Below are positions 14,447 through 23,793 of a stretch of 53,425 nucleotides of DNA, piece by piece. The notes beneath the pieces are model-generated. The model was given only the letters and a program-made list of their open reading frames with translations, ran no database searches and had not been told where the DNA came from. The stretch lies in the sequence record ON470612; one strand, 5' to 3'. The position numbers and the translations under genes are program-made. Within the stretch, counting starts at the first letter, position 1. Every line of letters starts with the position of its first letter. This stretch comes from Escherichia phage vB_EcoS-640R1.

Positions 14447-16888
14447 TTAAAAATCAGCCTGACTCGGGATCAGTTTTTGCCAGATAACTGAAACGTATTT
14501 TGCCTGGTAACGGGCGTCATCAAGTGCATTATGGCGCTCACCTTCGAATGGAATAGCCGTTCTGGCATCGAAGTCTATGGCTTTCCCCAGCTCAACGATT
14601 GTGCGTACATCGCGATCGTTGTAGTAACGCCACGGGCAGGGGATCCCCTGCCGTTCGTATGAACGGCGCAAAATCGTGTTGTCGAAGTTGGCTCCATTTC
14701 CCCAGACCTGAACAAAAAATTCACCGGAGTTTTCGTCGATAAATTCCCGCAATTGTAACAGTGCATCATCTAACGGGATTTCATCGGTCATAATGGCAGA
14801 TTGCGCTTCGCGTGATTGCTTAAGCCACCATTTAATGGTGTCCCGATCAATGACTCCGCCAGCAGTTTCCAGATCGATAGTCTTACTAAATTCCGGTCCC
14901 ATATCTCCGGTTTGCGGATCGAAAAATATTGCACCTATTGAGATGATCGGGGCATCAGGATTTTTTCCCATGGTTTCAAGGTCGATCATTAGATGGTCAC
15001 ACGTCCTGCTGGTGGATGTGATTTCTTGATGACCGTTCACCTTAATTGAGTGATCTGCCGTCTCGCCAGTTTCATTATCGCTATCGTGATGCTGATTGCC
15101 GCCAGTGTTCTCCTTGTGTGGATGTTCAGCGCCTTCCATTTCCTCCGGATCATCTTCCTGAACTTCAACCTGATACTCTTCATCGAATGTTTCCTGGTAT
15201 GTTGCGTCGCCCATCACCGCGCCACAATCAGGGCAGTTGCCGCCGCCGGTCTGACCGCAGGCGGTGCAGACTTTTTCCACTTCCTGTTGCGCCACTGGTT
15301 CGGATTGTTTCGTTTCTGGCTCGTTTTGTAACGCATTTGGGCTGTTTTGTTCCGCTTTTTGGTCGTTCCGTTCCGATTCATGCTGGTTCTGGTTCACAGA
15401 ATCGCGAGTCTGGATCCCTTTGACCCATTTCGGATCATTAGGGTCGCTAATCCCCTCAACAAATTCACCACGCGATACAGCAAGTAACTTATCGGCGTCA
15501 GGCTGGCTGATATTGGCTGCCTGCATAATTTTGTTTACTTCGTCAGCGGTGACTTTTACTTGGTTAGCGGAACTCACCTGCGACTGAGCATCCAGCGACT
15601 GCGCGTTCTGGCCATGTTCAGTTGTATCCGGTTCCATTGTTTCAGTTGTTGCCTGTTCACCTGCCATTGCGTCAGATGGTTGTGGTTTTTCTTCTTCTGT
15701 TTCACGCTCAGTAACCACCTCGCGGTTAATTTCTTCCAGGATATCTTTTTCCGGCGTATGCCGGGCAGCTGTGAGAGTTTCCTTGCTGGGGTTCTCGTGA
15801 TCAGTTTCCGTCAAATAGGCGTTGATATACCCCTGAAGGCGTCCCGGGTAGTGATAAAATTCAGGGTGTGCGCTTCGGATAAGTGCAAAAATAGCGGCGC
15901 GGGAATAGTCCAGAATACCCGGGGTTGCACGAAGTGCTGCGGACCATTCTTTGAACGGACTTTCTTTGTTCAGGACTACTTCTTTTGCGCGACGATAAAC
16001 GCTGCCCGGAATTTCATAAATATTAAAATCCATCGGAAGTGTGGCTGCTGCAATCTCCACATCCAGTGTGTCGAGGGTGTGTACTAAATTCGGATTGCGA
16101 TCGGTTTTGTTCCCACCGCCAGCATTAGCACCGGAAGCCGTGCGGGTGATGCGTGAAACACGATTTCCTTTCATCCACTCTTTTGTCAGCAGACCCCGAT
16201 CAGTGTAGTCAGCGTCTAGGTATGCTTCGAAAAAAGCAGTTATTAGTCCCAGGTCTGAATTACCAGGATTAGGGAAAACTTTGTCAGTGTCACGAACCAG
16301 TTTGTGGAGGTCGCGAATCTCCAGCGAGTCGAGCAGACTGGTTTTATGCGAAATAGCCAGGGCAGTAACAGCCGGTAGTTCTTCAGCCCGTGCAATGTGT
16401 AATGCCTGGAGTTCGTCGCGTGAAACGTGCGTTACTGGTTTTTCGCTGCCGTGTTGAGCAAGCCAACGAATGGGCAGTTCCTGACCGGAGACAGGCAGAA
16501 GCATGCTCTCCTCAATCTCAGTCATGGCTTCGCCGTTGATGTTGGTATTGTCAGTGCTGGCTGGTTTGTCCTGAACAGAGGGGGAAGGGCCGATAAATGT
16601 CATTGTGATGCCATCTTTCCCGCCTTTTTCATAGCGGTTGCAGAATTCAGTATCAAACACGCCTTCTGGCGGAAGGTCGTCAACAACGGGCAAATTGACG
16701 CGGACGGGTTTTTTAAAGTCGTCTTCATCATAATCGTTGTCATCCATTGCGGTAATGCAGCGGGAGATTGCAACAGATAATTTTTTTGCTGTAGTCCAGT
16801 AAAAACCACCTTTAATTCCTAGGCGTTTTCTTACTTTGTCATTTTTTGCTTCGCAATATAGTGCAAATTCTTCTTTATCAGTGCTCAT
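14447..16888 (-). CDS. Phage exonuclease, 813 aa, C-terminal DEDD-type 3'-5' exonuclease domain (the class often annotated exodeoxyribonuclease VIII-like)
   Basis: C-terminal ~190 aa carry DnaQ-like motifs (MIDLETMG..., HNALDDARY); centre is a long acidic low-complexity linker with a CTACG...CPDCG zinc-ribbon-like motif. Confidence 0.7.
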   Translation of the reverse strand: MSTDKEEFALYCEAKNDKVRKRLGIKGGFYWTTAKKLSVAISRCITAMDDNDYDEDDFKKPVRVNLPVVDDLPPEGVFDTEFCNRYEKGGKDGITMTFIGPSPSVQDKPASTDNTNINGEAMTEIEESMLLPVSGQELPIRWLAQHGSEKPVTHVSRDELQALHIARAEELPAVTALAISHKTSLLDSLEIRDLHKLVRDTDKVFPNPGNSDLGLITAFFEAYLDADYTDRGLLTKEWMKGNRVSRITRTASGANAGGGNKTDRNPNLVHTLDTLDVEIAAATLPMDFNIYEIPGSVYRRAKEVVLNKESPFKEWSAALRATPGILDYSRAAIFALIRSAHPEFYHYPGRLQGYINAYLTETDHENPSKETLTAARHTPEKDILEEINREVVTERETEEEKPQPSDAMAGEQATTETMEPDTTEHGQNAQSLDAQSQVSSANQVKVTADEVNKIMQAANISQPDADKLLAVSRGEFVEGISDPNDPKWVKGIQTRDSVNQNQHESERNDQKAEQNSPNALQNEPETKQSEPVAQQEVEKVCTACGQTGGGNCPDCGAVMGDATYQETFDEEYQVEVQEDDPEEMEGAEHPHKENTGGNQHHDSDNETGETADHSIKVNGHQEITSTSRTCDHLMIDLETMGKNPDAPIISIGAIFFDPQTGDMGPEFSKTIDLETAGGVIDRDTIKWWLKQSREAQSAIMTDEIPLDDALLQLREFIDENSGEFFVQVWGNGANFDNTILRRSYERQGIPCPWRYYNDRDVRTIVELGKAIDFDARTAIPFEGERHNALDDARYQAKYVSVIWQKLIPSQADF

Positions 16889-16981
16889 TATTGGTAAACC
16901 TCATCACAGATTTAAGGGTGAACAAATCTCTGCCATTGCTGACATATAAGAATGAAACTGGATATTTATTACGGTGCTGTT

Positions 16982-17173
16982 TTAAAATCCTGCCGGGATT
17001 TCGTTATTATCCTGGTGAATAACTTTATCGACCGGATAACAGTTGCCTGGAATTTTCTGTTCGGTTGCTGCTGCCATACATTCCTGCATTGTTCTGTGAA
17101 CACTGACTGCAATATCAACTGGCTCTCCGGAAACAAGAAAAACCGTCAGAATAAGTGCAAATACTGGATTCAT
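16982..17173 (-). CDS. Hypothetical small early-left protein with hydrophobic N-terminus
   Basis: MNPVFALILTVFLVSGEPV...; start placed at internal Met of track ORF 16982..17227. Confidence 0.4.
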   Translation of the reverse strand: MNPVFALILTVFLVSGEPVDIAVSVHRTMQECMAAATEQKIPGNCYPVDKVIHQDNNEIPAGF

Positions 17174-17358
17174 TGTGCACATCCTTTTGGCATCAGACGT
17201 AAACGGGCCAGCATTGAAACAATGCATACTTTATTTAATAACTCCCGTTCGTGTTTTCTTTTGTTAATGGCATCTTCAGTAAATACAGGATTACTGATAG
17301 TGACACCAATTTCAAAACAACCTTCAGACGTATTAACGTTTGGTAATAACGTTTTCAT
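17170..17358 (-). CDS. Hypothetical small early-left protein
   Basis: MKTLLPNVNTSEG... with GAGGG Shine-Dalgarno upstream; within track ORF 17170..17463. Confidence 0.4.
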   Translation of the reverse strand: MKTLLPNVNTSEGCFEIGVTISNPVFTEDAINKRKHERELLNKVCIVSMLARLRLMPKGCAQ

Positions 17359-17926
17359 TATCGCGCCCTCAACAATGAGTTTTGTGATGCGGTGCCTGGT
17401 GCCTCCAGGTGACGTTAACCAGTTAACAATTAACGCCGGATACAGAGAATCCACCCATAACACTGTTTTTGGTTTTAACTGTTCCGCGTGCGCTTAGCCG
17501 CATTCACCGCATCACAAAATTCACTTTAAAAAGGGCGGCAGAGCAGTCACGGAGTAAAACTGATACCGCCAAACGTCACCAGAAAATTGATAACAGAGGG
17601 CGTTGCAGTGGGGTTGTCACTTAAGCGTATGGTCAACCTGACAACCCGGTGTCCTCAACGGGGGAAGGAATAACCCCGCCATACTTACCGCCGCGCCATT
17701 TCGCGGATTGCCACAACCGGAAGCGCACGGTCGACGAAAATTTAACGACAGGCTATCTATGAACCAGCTACCTCGCCGTGCGCTTTCGCGTTATGGCCTG
17801 ACTTTTCAGGGAAATATCCTTTCAGTAAACTGTCAGTGCCGGATGCTCACCCGTGTCCGGCGCACGCACTCCACCTCACCCGTGGAGAACTCCTTAATTA
17901 CCAACCTTAGCTTCGTTGGTTATCTA

Positions 17927-18145
17927 TTAACGCGGGTATGTAATCATTCTGGCAATGCTTAATGCCGCTGCTTTTTCCAGCCTGGTGATATCCTGCTCCA
18001 GAGCGGACAGATTTTCAGCCTGCTTAGCCCTGGCTTCATTGGCCCATTTCAAATCCTGCGCTGCATTAATTTTCTGGCGCATCCACTCATAAAGTTCATC
18101 ATCGGTATAGTCTGGCGCGATGATGACGGGTTCTCGTTTCTGCAT
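17927..18145 (-). CDS. Hypothetical phage early protein (72 aa)
   Basis: Track ORF on the early-left strand, charged helical sequence. Confidence 0.45.
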   Translation of the reverse strand: MQKREPVIIAPDYTDDELYEWMRQKINAAQDLKWANEARAKQAENLSALEQDITRLEKAAALSIARMITYPR

Positions 18146-18216
18146 GTCGGCTCCTTGTGGTTAGCGTTGCCTGCTTTTAACCACGTCAGGCGAGGTGGTA
18201 TCCTCTGAGGGGTCTG

Positions 18217-18573
18217 TTACTCGAGAGGAAATTGGTTATGAATACAATCAAGTTTTCTTGCCCAGAATGTGGTGGCGAAGTCTTTGACACATCCTTTAAA
18301 CCGCAGGGCTCTGACAGTTTCGCGGGAGCCATCTGCAAAAATTGTGGTCACCTTGTAACTGAAGATGAGTCCTCGCAGTTTGATGACGAAATCGTTGACA
18401 ATATCTTCGGTGCACTCACCAGAGACTTTCTGAAGTAAAGGCGCATACCGCTTAGTTACCGCTCTGATAATTCTTACCTGTCCGGCAATGGCGCTGATAT
18501 CAATATAAAGCGCCATCGCTGTTTCTTTGCTGATCCCTGGACGCCTTCCATTCTGATGTTTGACTTCGCCCAC
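18217..18573 (-). CDS. Hypothetical first early-left gene (118 aa, GTG start); conflicts with the antisense zinc-ribbon ORF
   Basis: On the pL strand, AGAGGA 7 nt before GTG, E. coli-like codon usage; fully overlaps the + strand ORF 18238..18438. Confidence 0.35.
   Translation of the reverse strand: MGEVKHQNGRRPGISKETAMALYIDISAIAGQVRIIRAVTKRYAPLLQKVSGECTEDIVNDFVIKLRGLIFSYKVTTIFADGSRETVRALRFKGCVKDFATTFWARKLDCIHNQFPLE
18238..18438 (+). CDS. Hypothetical zinc-ribbon protein (66 aa); conflicts with the antisense 118-aa ORF
   Basis: CPECGG...x17...CKNCGH paired CxxC motif, GAGG before ATG, acidic C-terminus; orientation opposes the early-left operon. Confidence 0.35.
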   Translation: MNTIKFSCPECGGEVFDTSFKPQGSDSFAGAICKNCGHLVTEDESSQFDDEIVDNIFGALTRDFLK

Positions 18574-18869
18574 TGAGAAATCCTCTGTTTCCCCTTAACG
18601 CCGGGGTAGCGGAACAAAAACCTGCTGCATAGTTATTAAAGTTGAACCCTGCCGTCATGTTCTTACGCCTCGGGCTGGCTACTTAACCCCTGACCACTGC
18701 CTGGTAACTCGAAGTATTGCCCTGCATTCTGTAGGATGGGGTGAGGGAATGAATGAAGTTTAGAAAAACGAACTTTTCAGGTCAATGTTTTTTTATCAAA
18801 ACATTTTAAGCAGGCAGCTGTTAAGCCATCACCACGATGGCATACAGTTAATCAAATAGATGAGGTTGG

Positions 18870-19508
18870 TTAAATATCTTGTTGAATTTTAAAGCATACG
18901 CCCAATATGCAAGATAGATCATCCAGCATAATTGAAGGGTAGCGAGGATTCGTGGGGACTAAAAGAATATCCGGCCCTTCTATCTCCAGTTTACGAATGA
19001 CAGGTGTTGTGGTCCCTTTGGGTAAGGCAAGGACAATATTTCCTGGTTGTACGGTTCGATCGGGATCAACAAAAACTGTTGAACCATTTGGGATGGAAAC
19101 TCCCCCACCAGATGTTGACATACTGTCACTCTCTAGAACAACTGCAAAGGTATTGACCGGGATTTCTCCGACAAGCTGCACACAAGAGGTTATTGAGGAA
19201 TTTTTCATATAATCACTCCAGCTTGCTGCCTGCTGAAGTGATAGTAGCGGAACCGTTTTTATCGGCGGTAAAGATAGATCAAGCGAATCACCTGTATTTA
19301 ACTCTCCTCCATTAAGAAGCCAATTTTCGTTTACTTTCAATATTTTTGCCAGTGAACTTATGTAACGCGAGGACGGCGCTCCTCCACCGTTCATCCATTG
19401 ACTTACGGAGCCTTTTGATGCGCCAGTGCCATTGACAAGGTCTTTGCCTTTCAGGTTTAGCGCATGCATACGTTGGGTTATGCGTTCAGATATAGTTTGC
19501 TTGCTCAT
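18870..19508 (-). CDS. cI: CI-like prophage repressor (HTH plus S24 LexA-type peptidase domain)
   Basis: 212-aa ORF with N-terminal HTH (ISERITQRMHALNLKGKDLVNGTGASKGSVSQWMNG) and C-terminal autocleavage domain; divergent from the cro-like gene. Confidence 0.85.
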   Translation of the reverse strand: MSKQTISERITQRMHALNLKGKDLVNGTGASKGSVSQWMNGGGAPSSRYISSLAKILKVNENWLLNGGELNTGDSLDLSLPPIKTVPLLSLQQAASWSDYMKNSSITSCVQLVGEIPVNTFAVVLESDSMSTSGGGVSIPNGSTVFVDPDRTVQPGNIVLALPKGTTTPVIRKLEIEGPDILLVPTNPRYPSIMLDDLSCILGVCFKIQQDI

Positions 19509-19599
19509 GTTTTGATTTTAAAACACAGATGGTTTTGTTTCTTGACTTTCTTTGGTTTTGATTATTAAACTTTTGACGTTCAGTTTTATGGAGCGACTC
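19509..19599. promoter_or_regulatory. Putative OR/pR/pRM divergent control region
   Basis: Three copies of GTTTTG(A/T)TT, TTTAAAA palindrome, TTGACT -35 then a TATTAA-like -10 ahead of cro. Confidence 0.45.
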
Positions 19600-19842
19600 A
19601 TGAAAAAATCAGAAGTATTAGGCTATTTTGGCGGAGTTGTTAAAACAGCCGCAGCTCTAGGAACGTCAAAAACCACAGTCAGCATGTGGGGGGAAGAGGT
19701 TCCGTGGAAATGGGCGTTGCTAATTCAGGCAGTCACTGCCGGGGCGCTCAAATATGAGTTACACATACCGACGGTTGTCATTCCCGGTTCTGATCATAAT
19801 CCGCCTTCTAACCAAGGGGGGATTCATGAAAATCAAGCATGA
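19600..19842 (+). CDS. Cro-like HTH regulator, YdaS family
   Basis: MKKSEVLGYFGGVVKTAAALGTSKTTVSMWGEEVPWKWALLIQAVTAGALK matches the YdaS/Cro-like pattern; GGAG upstream; start at internal ATG of track ORF. Confidence 0.7.
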   Translation: MKKSEVLGYFGGVVKTAAALGTSKTTVSMWGEEVPWKWALLIQAVTAGALKYELHIPTVVIPGSDHNPPSNQGGIHENQA

Positions 19843-20251
19843 ACACATCCGCATGGCGATGAATGCCTGGGCGCATCCGGACGGCGAAAAAGTACCGGCT
19901 GCGAAAATTACCAAAGCGTATTTCGAGCTGGGAATGACGTTCCCGGAACTGTATGACGACAGCCATCCGGAAGCCCTGGCTCGCAATACCCAGAAAATTT
20001 TCCGCTGGGTGGAGAAAGACACCCCTGATGCAGTTGAAAAAATTCAGGCGTTGTTACCAGCGATCGAAAAGGCAATGCCACCTTTGCTGGTGGCCAGAAT
20101 GCGCAGCCACAGTTCAGCTTATTTTCGGGAGTTGGTGGAGACGCGGGAGCGACTGGTGAGAGACGCTGATGATTTTGTCGCAGTGGCAATCGCCGGTTTC
20201 AATCAGATGAACCGTGGTGGCCCGGCAGGAAATGCTGTGGCAGTACATTGA
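19826..20251 (+). CDS. YdaT-like regulatory protein (cII-position)
   Basis: MKIKHEHIRMAMNAWAHPDGEK...; strong AAGGGGGG Shine-Dalgarno; follows the cro-like gene as ydaT does in Rac. Confidence 0.6.
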   Translation: MKIKHEHIRMAMNAWAHPDGEKVPAAKITKAYFELGMTFPELYDDSHPEALARNTQKIFRWVEKDTPDAVEKIQALLPAIEKAMPPLLVARMRSHSSAYFRELVETRERLVRDADDFVAVAIAGFNQMNRGGPAGNAVAVH

Positions 20252-20322
20252 CTGACAATAGTCATATCGAATCGCTTCCGGCAACTCGTGAGTAAAAAGA
20301 TTCGGTATCAGAAGAGGTGAGT

Positions 20323-21393
20323 ATGGCTAACGCCTGGCTCAGATTATGGCATGACATGCCAAATGACCCTAAGTGGCGAACAATTGCCAGGGTGTCAGGG
20401 CAGCCAATTGCAACAGTGATGGCAGTGTATATCCACCTCCTGGTGAGCGCGTCACGAAATGTCACGCGAGGTCACATTGATGTCACGACAGAAGATTTGG
20501 CAAGTGCGCTCGACGTGACAGAAGAGGTAATTGATTCAATTTTGCAGACGATGCAGGGGCGGGTACTTGATGGTGATTTAATCACTGGATGGGAAAAACG
20601 CCAGGTGCTGAAAGAGGACAACGGCAATATTTCGCAAACCGCAAAATCTCCGGCAGAGCGCAAGAGGGCGCAGCGAGAGAGGGAAAGAAAGCGGGAACAA
20701 AATGGCGATTGTCACGGCGAGTCACGAAATGTCACGCACATGTCACGACGAGTCACGACAGATAAAGATACAGATAAAGATACAGATCAAGAAGATCAAA
20801 ACACTATGGTCCATGGCGTAAAAAACGCCACGAACCAGGCAGGGGATGTTCAGACCGTCACTCCTGGCCAGCCCGCAGGCACGACACCGGAAGCCGATTC
20901 AGCGTATGCGCTGAAAGCCGATTCGGGCGCTGTGCAGCAGGTGATGACCGCAAGGCAGGAGCAATCACACCAACTTCAGCAGCCTGAAGCCGATTCCGCC
21001 ATTCAGCGGGAAGCCGATCGGGTAGTCCCGGAAAACACCGGGCAGCCTGTGGGACGAGTGGATTATCCTGATGTGTTCGAACAGGTCTGGCGGGAATACC
21101 CGTTGCGTGCCGGGGCAAACCCGAAGAAATCCGCTTTCAGTGCCTGGAAAGCCAGATTACGCGAGGGGGTGCCACCAGAGGCCATGCTGGATGGCGTGAG
21201 GCGTTACGCAAGATACCTTGCGGCTACCGGGAAAACGGGAACGGAATTTGTTCAGCGAGCGACGACGTTTTTTGGACCGGACCGGAATTTTGAAAACCCC
21301 TGGCTGCTCCCGGTAAGCGGCACGAACAACCAGCGTTGTGTGAATCATATTTCTGAACCGGATAACGAAATTCCGCCGGGCTTCAGGGGGTAA
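20323..21393 (+). CDS. Phage replication initiation protein (O-like), contains origin iterons
   Basis: N-terminal replisome-organiser-like region; iteron clusters and AT-rich tract inside the gene; ATG with AGAGGTGA upstream (track ORF starts at GTG 20317). Confidence 0.65.
   Translation: MANAWLRLWHDMPNDPKWRTIARVSGQPIATVMAVYIHLLVSASRNVTRGHIDVTTEDLASALDVTEEVIDSILQTMQGRVLDGDLITGWEKRQVLKEDNGNISQTAKSPAERKRAQRERERKREQNGDCHGESRNVTHMSRRVTTDKDTDKDTDQEDQNTMVHGVKNATNQAGDVQTVTPGQPAGTTPEADSAYALKADSGAVQQVMTARQEQSHQLQQPEADSAIQREADRVVPENTGQPVGRVDYPDVFEQVWREYPLRAGANPKKSAFSAWKARLREGVPPEAMLDGVRRYARYLAATGKTGTEFVQRATTFFGPDRNFENPWLLPVSGTNNQRCVNHISEPDNEIPPGFRG
20451..20800. repeat. Putative phage replication origin: two GTCACG iteron clusters plus AT-rich repeat
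   Basis: GTCAC(G/A) repeated at 20451, 20461, 20471, 20482 and at 20711, 20721, 20731, 20742, 20752, followed by GATAAAGATACA x2 and an AT-rich stretch. Confidence 0.6.
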
Positions 21394-21433
21394 GTGTTAA
21401 TTTCTGGTCATGAGGTAATTTTCAGGAGGGCTT

Positions 21434-21856
21434 GTGGCAAAAGTTTTTACACAAGAAGAGCGGGAAAAAATTAAAGGACAGGTTCTTGAACTCGTACGCC
21501 AGAGTGGGCGCGAGACGTTACGACAACTGGAAGCTAAAACTGGGGCAACAAGATATCTGATGAGCGTTCTGGCCAGAGAGCTGGTTGCCAGTGGCGATGT
21601 ATACAATTCTGGCTACGGGTTATTCCCGTCTGAACAGGCTCGTAAAGACTGGCAAAATGCCCGCAAAAAATTATCGAGGGCAAAGCTGAAGAAACCGGTT
21701 GTGGTTGATCCGGACCTTATCTGGTCGTTACCTGACGGAGAAATACGTCGCTACGACAGTCGCCTAAACATAATCTGTCGCGAGTGCCGGAAGAGTGAAG
21801 CTATGCAGCGTGTACTGGCTTTCTATCAGGGTAATTTTCAGGAGGCGGTACTGTGA
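21434..21856 (+). CDS. Hypothetical phage replication-region protein (140 aa)
   Basis: GTG start 3 nt after AGGAGGG; sits where P/helicase-loader genes lie but not recognisable as such. Confidence 0.45.
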   Translation: MAKVFTQEEREKIKGQVLELVRQSGRETLRQLEAKTGATRYLMSVLARELVASGDVYNSGYGLFPSEQARKDWQNARKKLSRAKLKKPVVVDPDLIWSLPDGEIRRYDSRLNIICRECRKSEAMQRVLAFYQGNFQEAVL

Positions 21857-21913
21857 GTGAAATTAGCTATCAGGCTTCAATTACCGCTGGCATTCGCATC
21901 AAAGGAGAGGAGC

Positions 21914-22270
21914 ATGGAAATAAAACCAGAGGATGAGTTAAGCAATATCGTTTTATTTCCGGTAAAAGAGGATGACCCTCGTAATCAGGTTAATTTTCTT
22001 TATGAGCCATCGGAAAGACCATATTGTCATCACGCCTCTGTCCGGGTTGACGAAAAAGAGCGTCAGGTCCGCTGTAAAATCTGCGGTGCAGTTGTGGAGC
22101 CATTTGACTGGATGCTCTCTGTGGCGAAAAGAGAAACCAGACTGGCAGATGATGTAAGGCTCTTGCGTCAGGAGGAGCGGGAAAGGCGAAAAAATATAGA
22201 AAAGCTAATTCAGATTGAGCGTAACGCGAAAGCGCGGATACGCAGGGCGACAAAATCCAGAACTGAATAA
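21914..22270 (+). CDS. Hypothetical phage protein with CHH...CKICG metal-binding-like motif
   Basis: Start at ATG preceded by AGGAGAGGAG (internal to track ORF 21857..22270). Confidence 0.5.
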   Translation: MEIKPEDELSNIVLFPVKEDDPRNQVNFLYEPSERPYCHHASVRVDEKERQVRCKICGAVVEPFDWMLSVAKRETRLADDVRLLRQEERERRKNIEKLIQIERNAKARIRRATKSRTE

Positions 22271-22363
22271 TTAAATTTAGCTCTGTTAAAAATTTAATCC
22301 TTAACCGGAGGGATTTCTGCACCCTCAGAACATCAGGAGGCCGCCCGAAAGGGCGGTAGTTAA

Positions 22364-22546
22364 ATGCGAAAGTTTAAAATAATTATTGAAACGGGAATAG
22401 CCGGTGGAGATTTCGAGGATGAATTCGAAGTGGATGATGATGCGACGCCTGATGAAATACATGACGAAGCAAAAGATATTTTCTTTAACTACTGCAATTA
22501 CTCATATCACGAAATAAAAGACGAAGAGGAAGAACAAAATGGCTGA
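22364..22546 (+). CDS. Small highly acidic protein (60 aa)
   Basis: Track ORF rich in D/E (EDEFEVDDDATPDEIHDEAKD...KDEEEEQ) in an AT-rich segment. Confidence 0.4.
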   Translation: MRKFKIIIETGIAGGDFEDEFEVDDDATPDEIHDEAKDIFFNYCNYSYHEIKDEEEEQNG

Positions 22547-22714
22547 TTTTGGTTCAACTAAATACAACGTCAGTTTTGAAGAATGGCATGAACTGTTAAT
22601 GGACTATGCAGAGTTACGTGGTGGCAGTGCTGCTGATGCTGAAGCATGGCGTGATGATTATGAAGCAGGAAAAACTCCGGTCGAAGCATATTGTGATGAG
22701 TGGGGCGATGAATG
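22538..22714 (+). CDS. Small acidic protein (58 aa), below ORF-track cutoff
   Basis: ATG at 22538 preceded by GAGGAAG; MADFGSTKYNVSFEEWHELLMDYAELRGG...; overlaps the previous stop. Confidence 0.4.
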
Positions 22715-22969
22715 AGCGAGGTTAATTATCAGGAAGGGCATGAAACGGCGGGGCAAGCAAAAACAGTGGCATGGCGATATCGCTACGTGAAAAAAAAGGC
22801 GTTACGGACTTTCAGGAGAAGTAGTGGTCTGGTGACTGGAAATATGTACCGAAAAAAGAGGATTGTAACGACAGGCCGAACTATGAAATTCAGGCCTTAT
22901 TCACTGCCCCGCCAGTCCCGGTTACATCAGAAGAACTGGTTAAAGCTGTGCACTTTTATGAACAACTAA
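22712..22969 (+). CDS. Doubtful ORF; competing frame carries a better-looking but amber-interrupted reading frame
   Basis: Track ORF translation is basic and low-complexity after the A8 run at 22790-22797; the frame from 22771 looks more protein-like but has TAG at 22822. Confidence 0.2.
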   Translation: MSEVNYQEGHETAGQAKTVAWRYRYVKKKALRTFRRSSGLVTGNMYRKKRIVTTGRTMKFRPYSLPRQSRLHQKNWLKLCTFMNN

Positions 22970-23198
22970 AACGCGAAAATCCACCAGCATCCGGAAACCT
23001 GATTACAGATTCCCAGATAAGGCAATGAGCTACCTGGCGCAGAACGGGCTGATAAGTATGGGGAATGTTTTACGATGAATATTTAGACTAAAGAGTTTGT
23101 AACGCTATGTAAGTGATTTTTTCTGGTTTAGATATTTATATGTTCGGCCAAATTGAGGTGTGTTTAAATGTAATTGCACATTGATTGTAGGAGGAATA

Positions 23199-23378
23199 AT
23201 GAAAAACGCATTGCAGTTTTTGTTTGTTGCGTTCTGGTTGTTCGTATCATGTATGCCCATCATCTTCACAGCAAGGTATATGGAAAAAGTTGATGTTTTG
23301 ATATTAATATTTGGATATATAAATGCCCTTTTTTTAGGGGTGTTCATGGCGGTCATGTGCATTGAATACTGGCGGTAA
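23199..23378 (+). CDS. Small two-TM membrane protein (59 aa) in AT-rich island
   Basis: AGGAGG 4 nt before ATG; MKNALQFLFVAFWLFVSCMPIIF...LILIFGYINALFLGVFMAVMCIEYWR; local AT-richness. Confidence 0.5.
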   Translation: MKNALQFLFVAFWLFVSCMPIIFTARYMEKVDVLILIFGYINALFLGVFMAVMCIEYWR

Positions 23379-23637
23379 ATACAGCGAACGCCATTGGTTT
23401 AGTTGGATATTTACTGTGCCGGACAAAAACGGTTTGCGGGGAAATCTTAGTTAAGTAGAATGACTGCGGGTGCTTGAGGCTATCTGTCTCAGGCATGAAC
23501 ACCAAAAGGCAGATAGAGAAAAGCCCCAGTTAACATTACGCGTCCTGCAAGACGCTTAACATTAATCTGAGGCTCAATCTATGAACGGCAAATCTAGGTT
23601 AGCCTCTTACGTGCCGAAAGGCAAGGAGAAGCAGGCT

Positions 23638-23793
23638 ATGAAGCAGCAAAAGGCGATGTTAATCGCCCTGATCGTCATCTGTTTAACCGTCATTGTGACG
23701 GCACTGGTAACGAGGAAAGACCTCTGCGAGGTACGAATCCGAACCGGCCAGACGGAGGTCGCTGTCTTCACAGCTTACGAACCTGAGGAGTAA
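23638..23793 (+). CDS. hokD: Hok/Gef-family type I toxin (HokD/RelF-like)
   Basis: MKQQKAMLIALIVICLTVIVTALVTRKDLCEVRIRTGQTEVAVFTAYEPEE: single TM plus conserved Cys/Tyr periplasmic tail typical of Hok; in-frame upstream extension from 23581; terminator downstream. Confidence 0.85.
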   Translation: MKQQKAMLIALIVICLTVIVTALVTRKDLCEVRIRTGQTEVAVFTAYEPEE

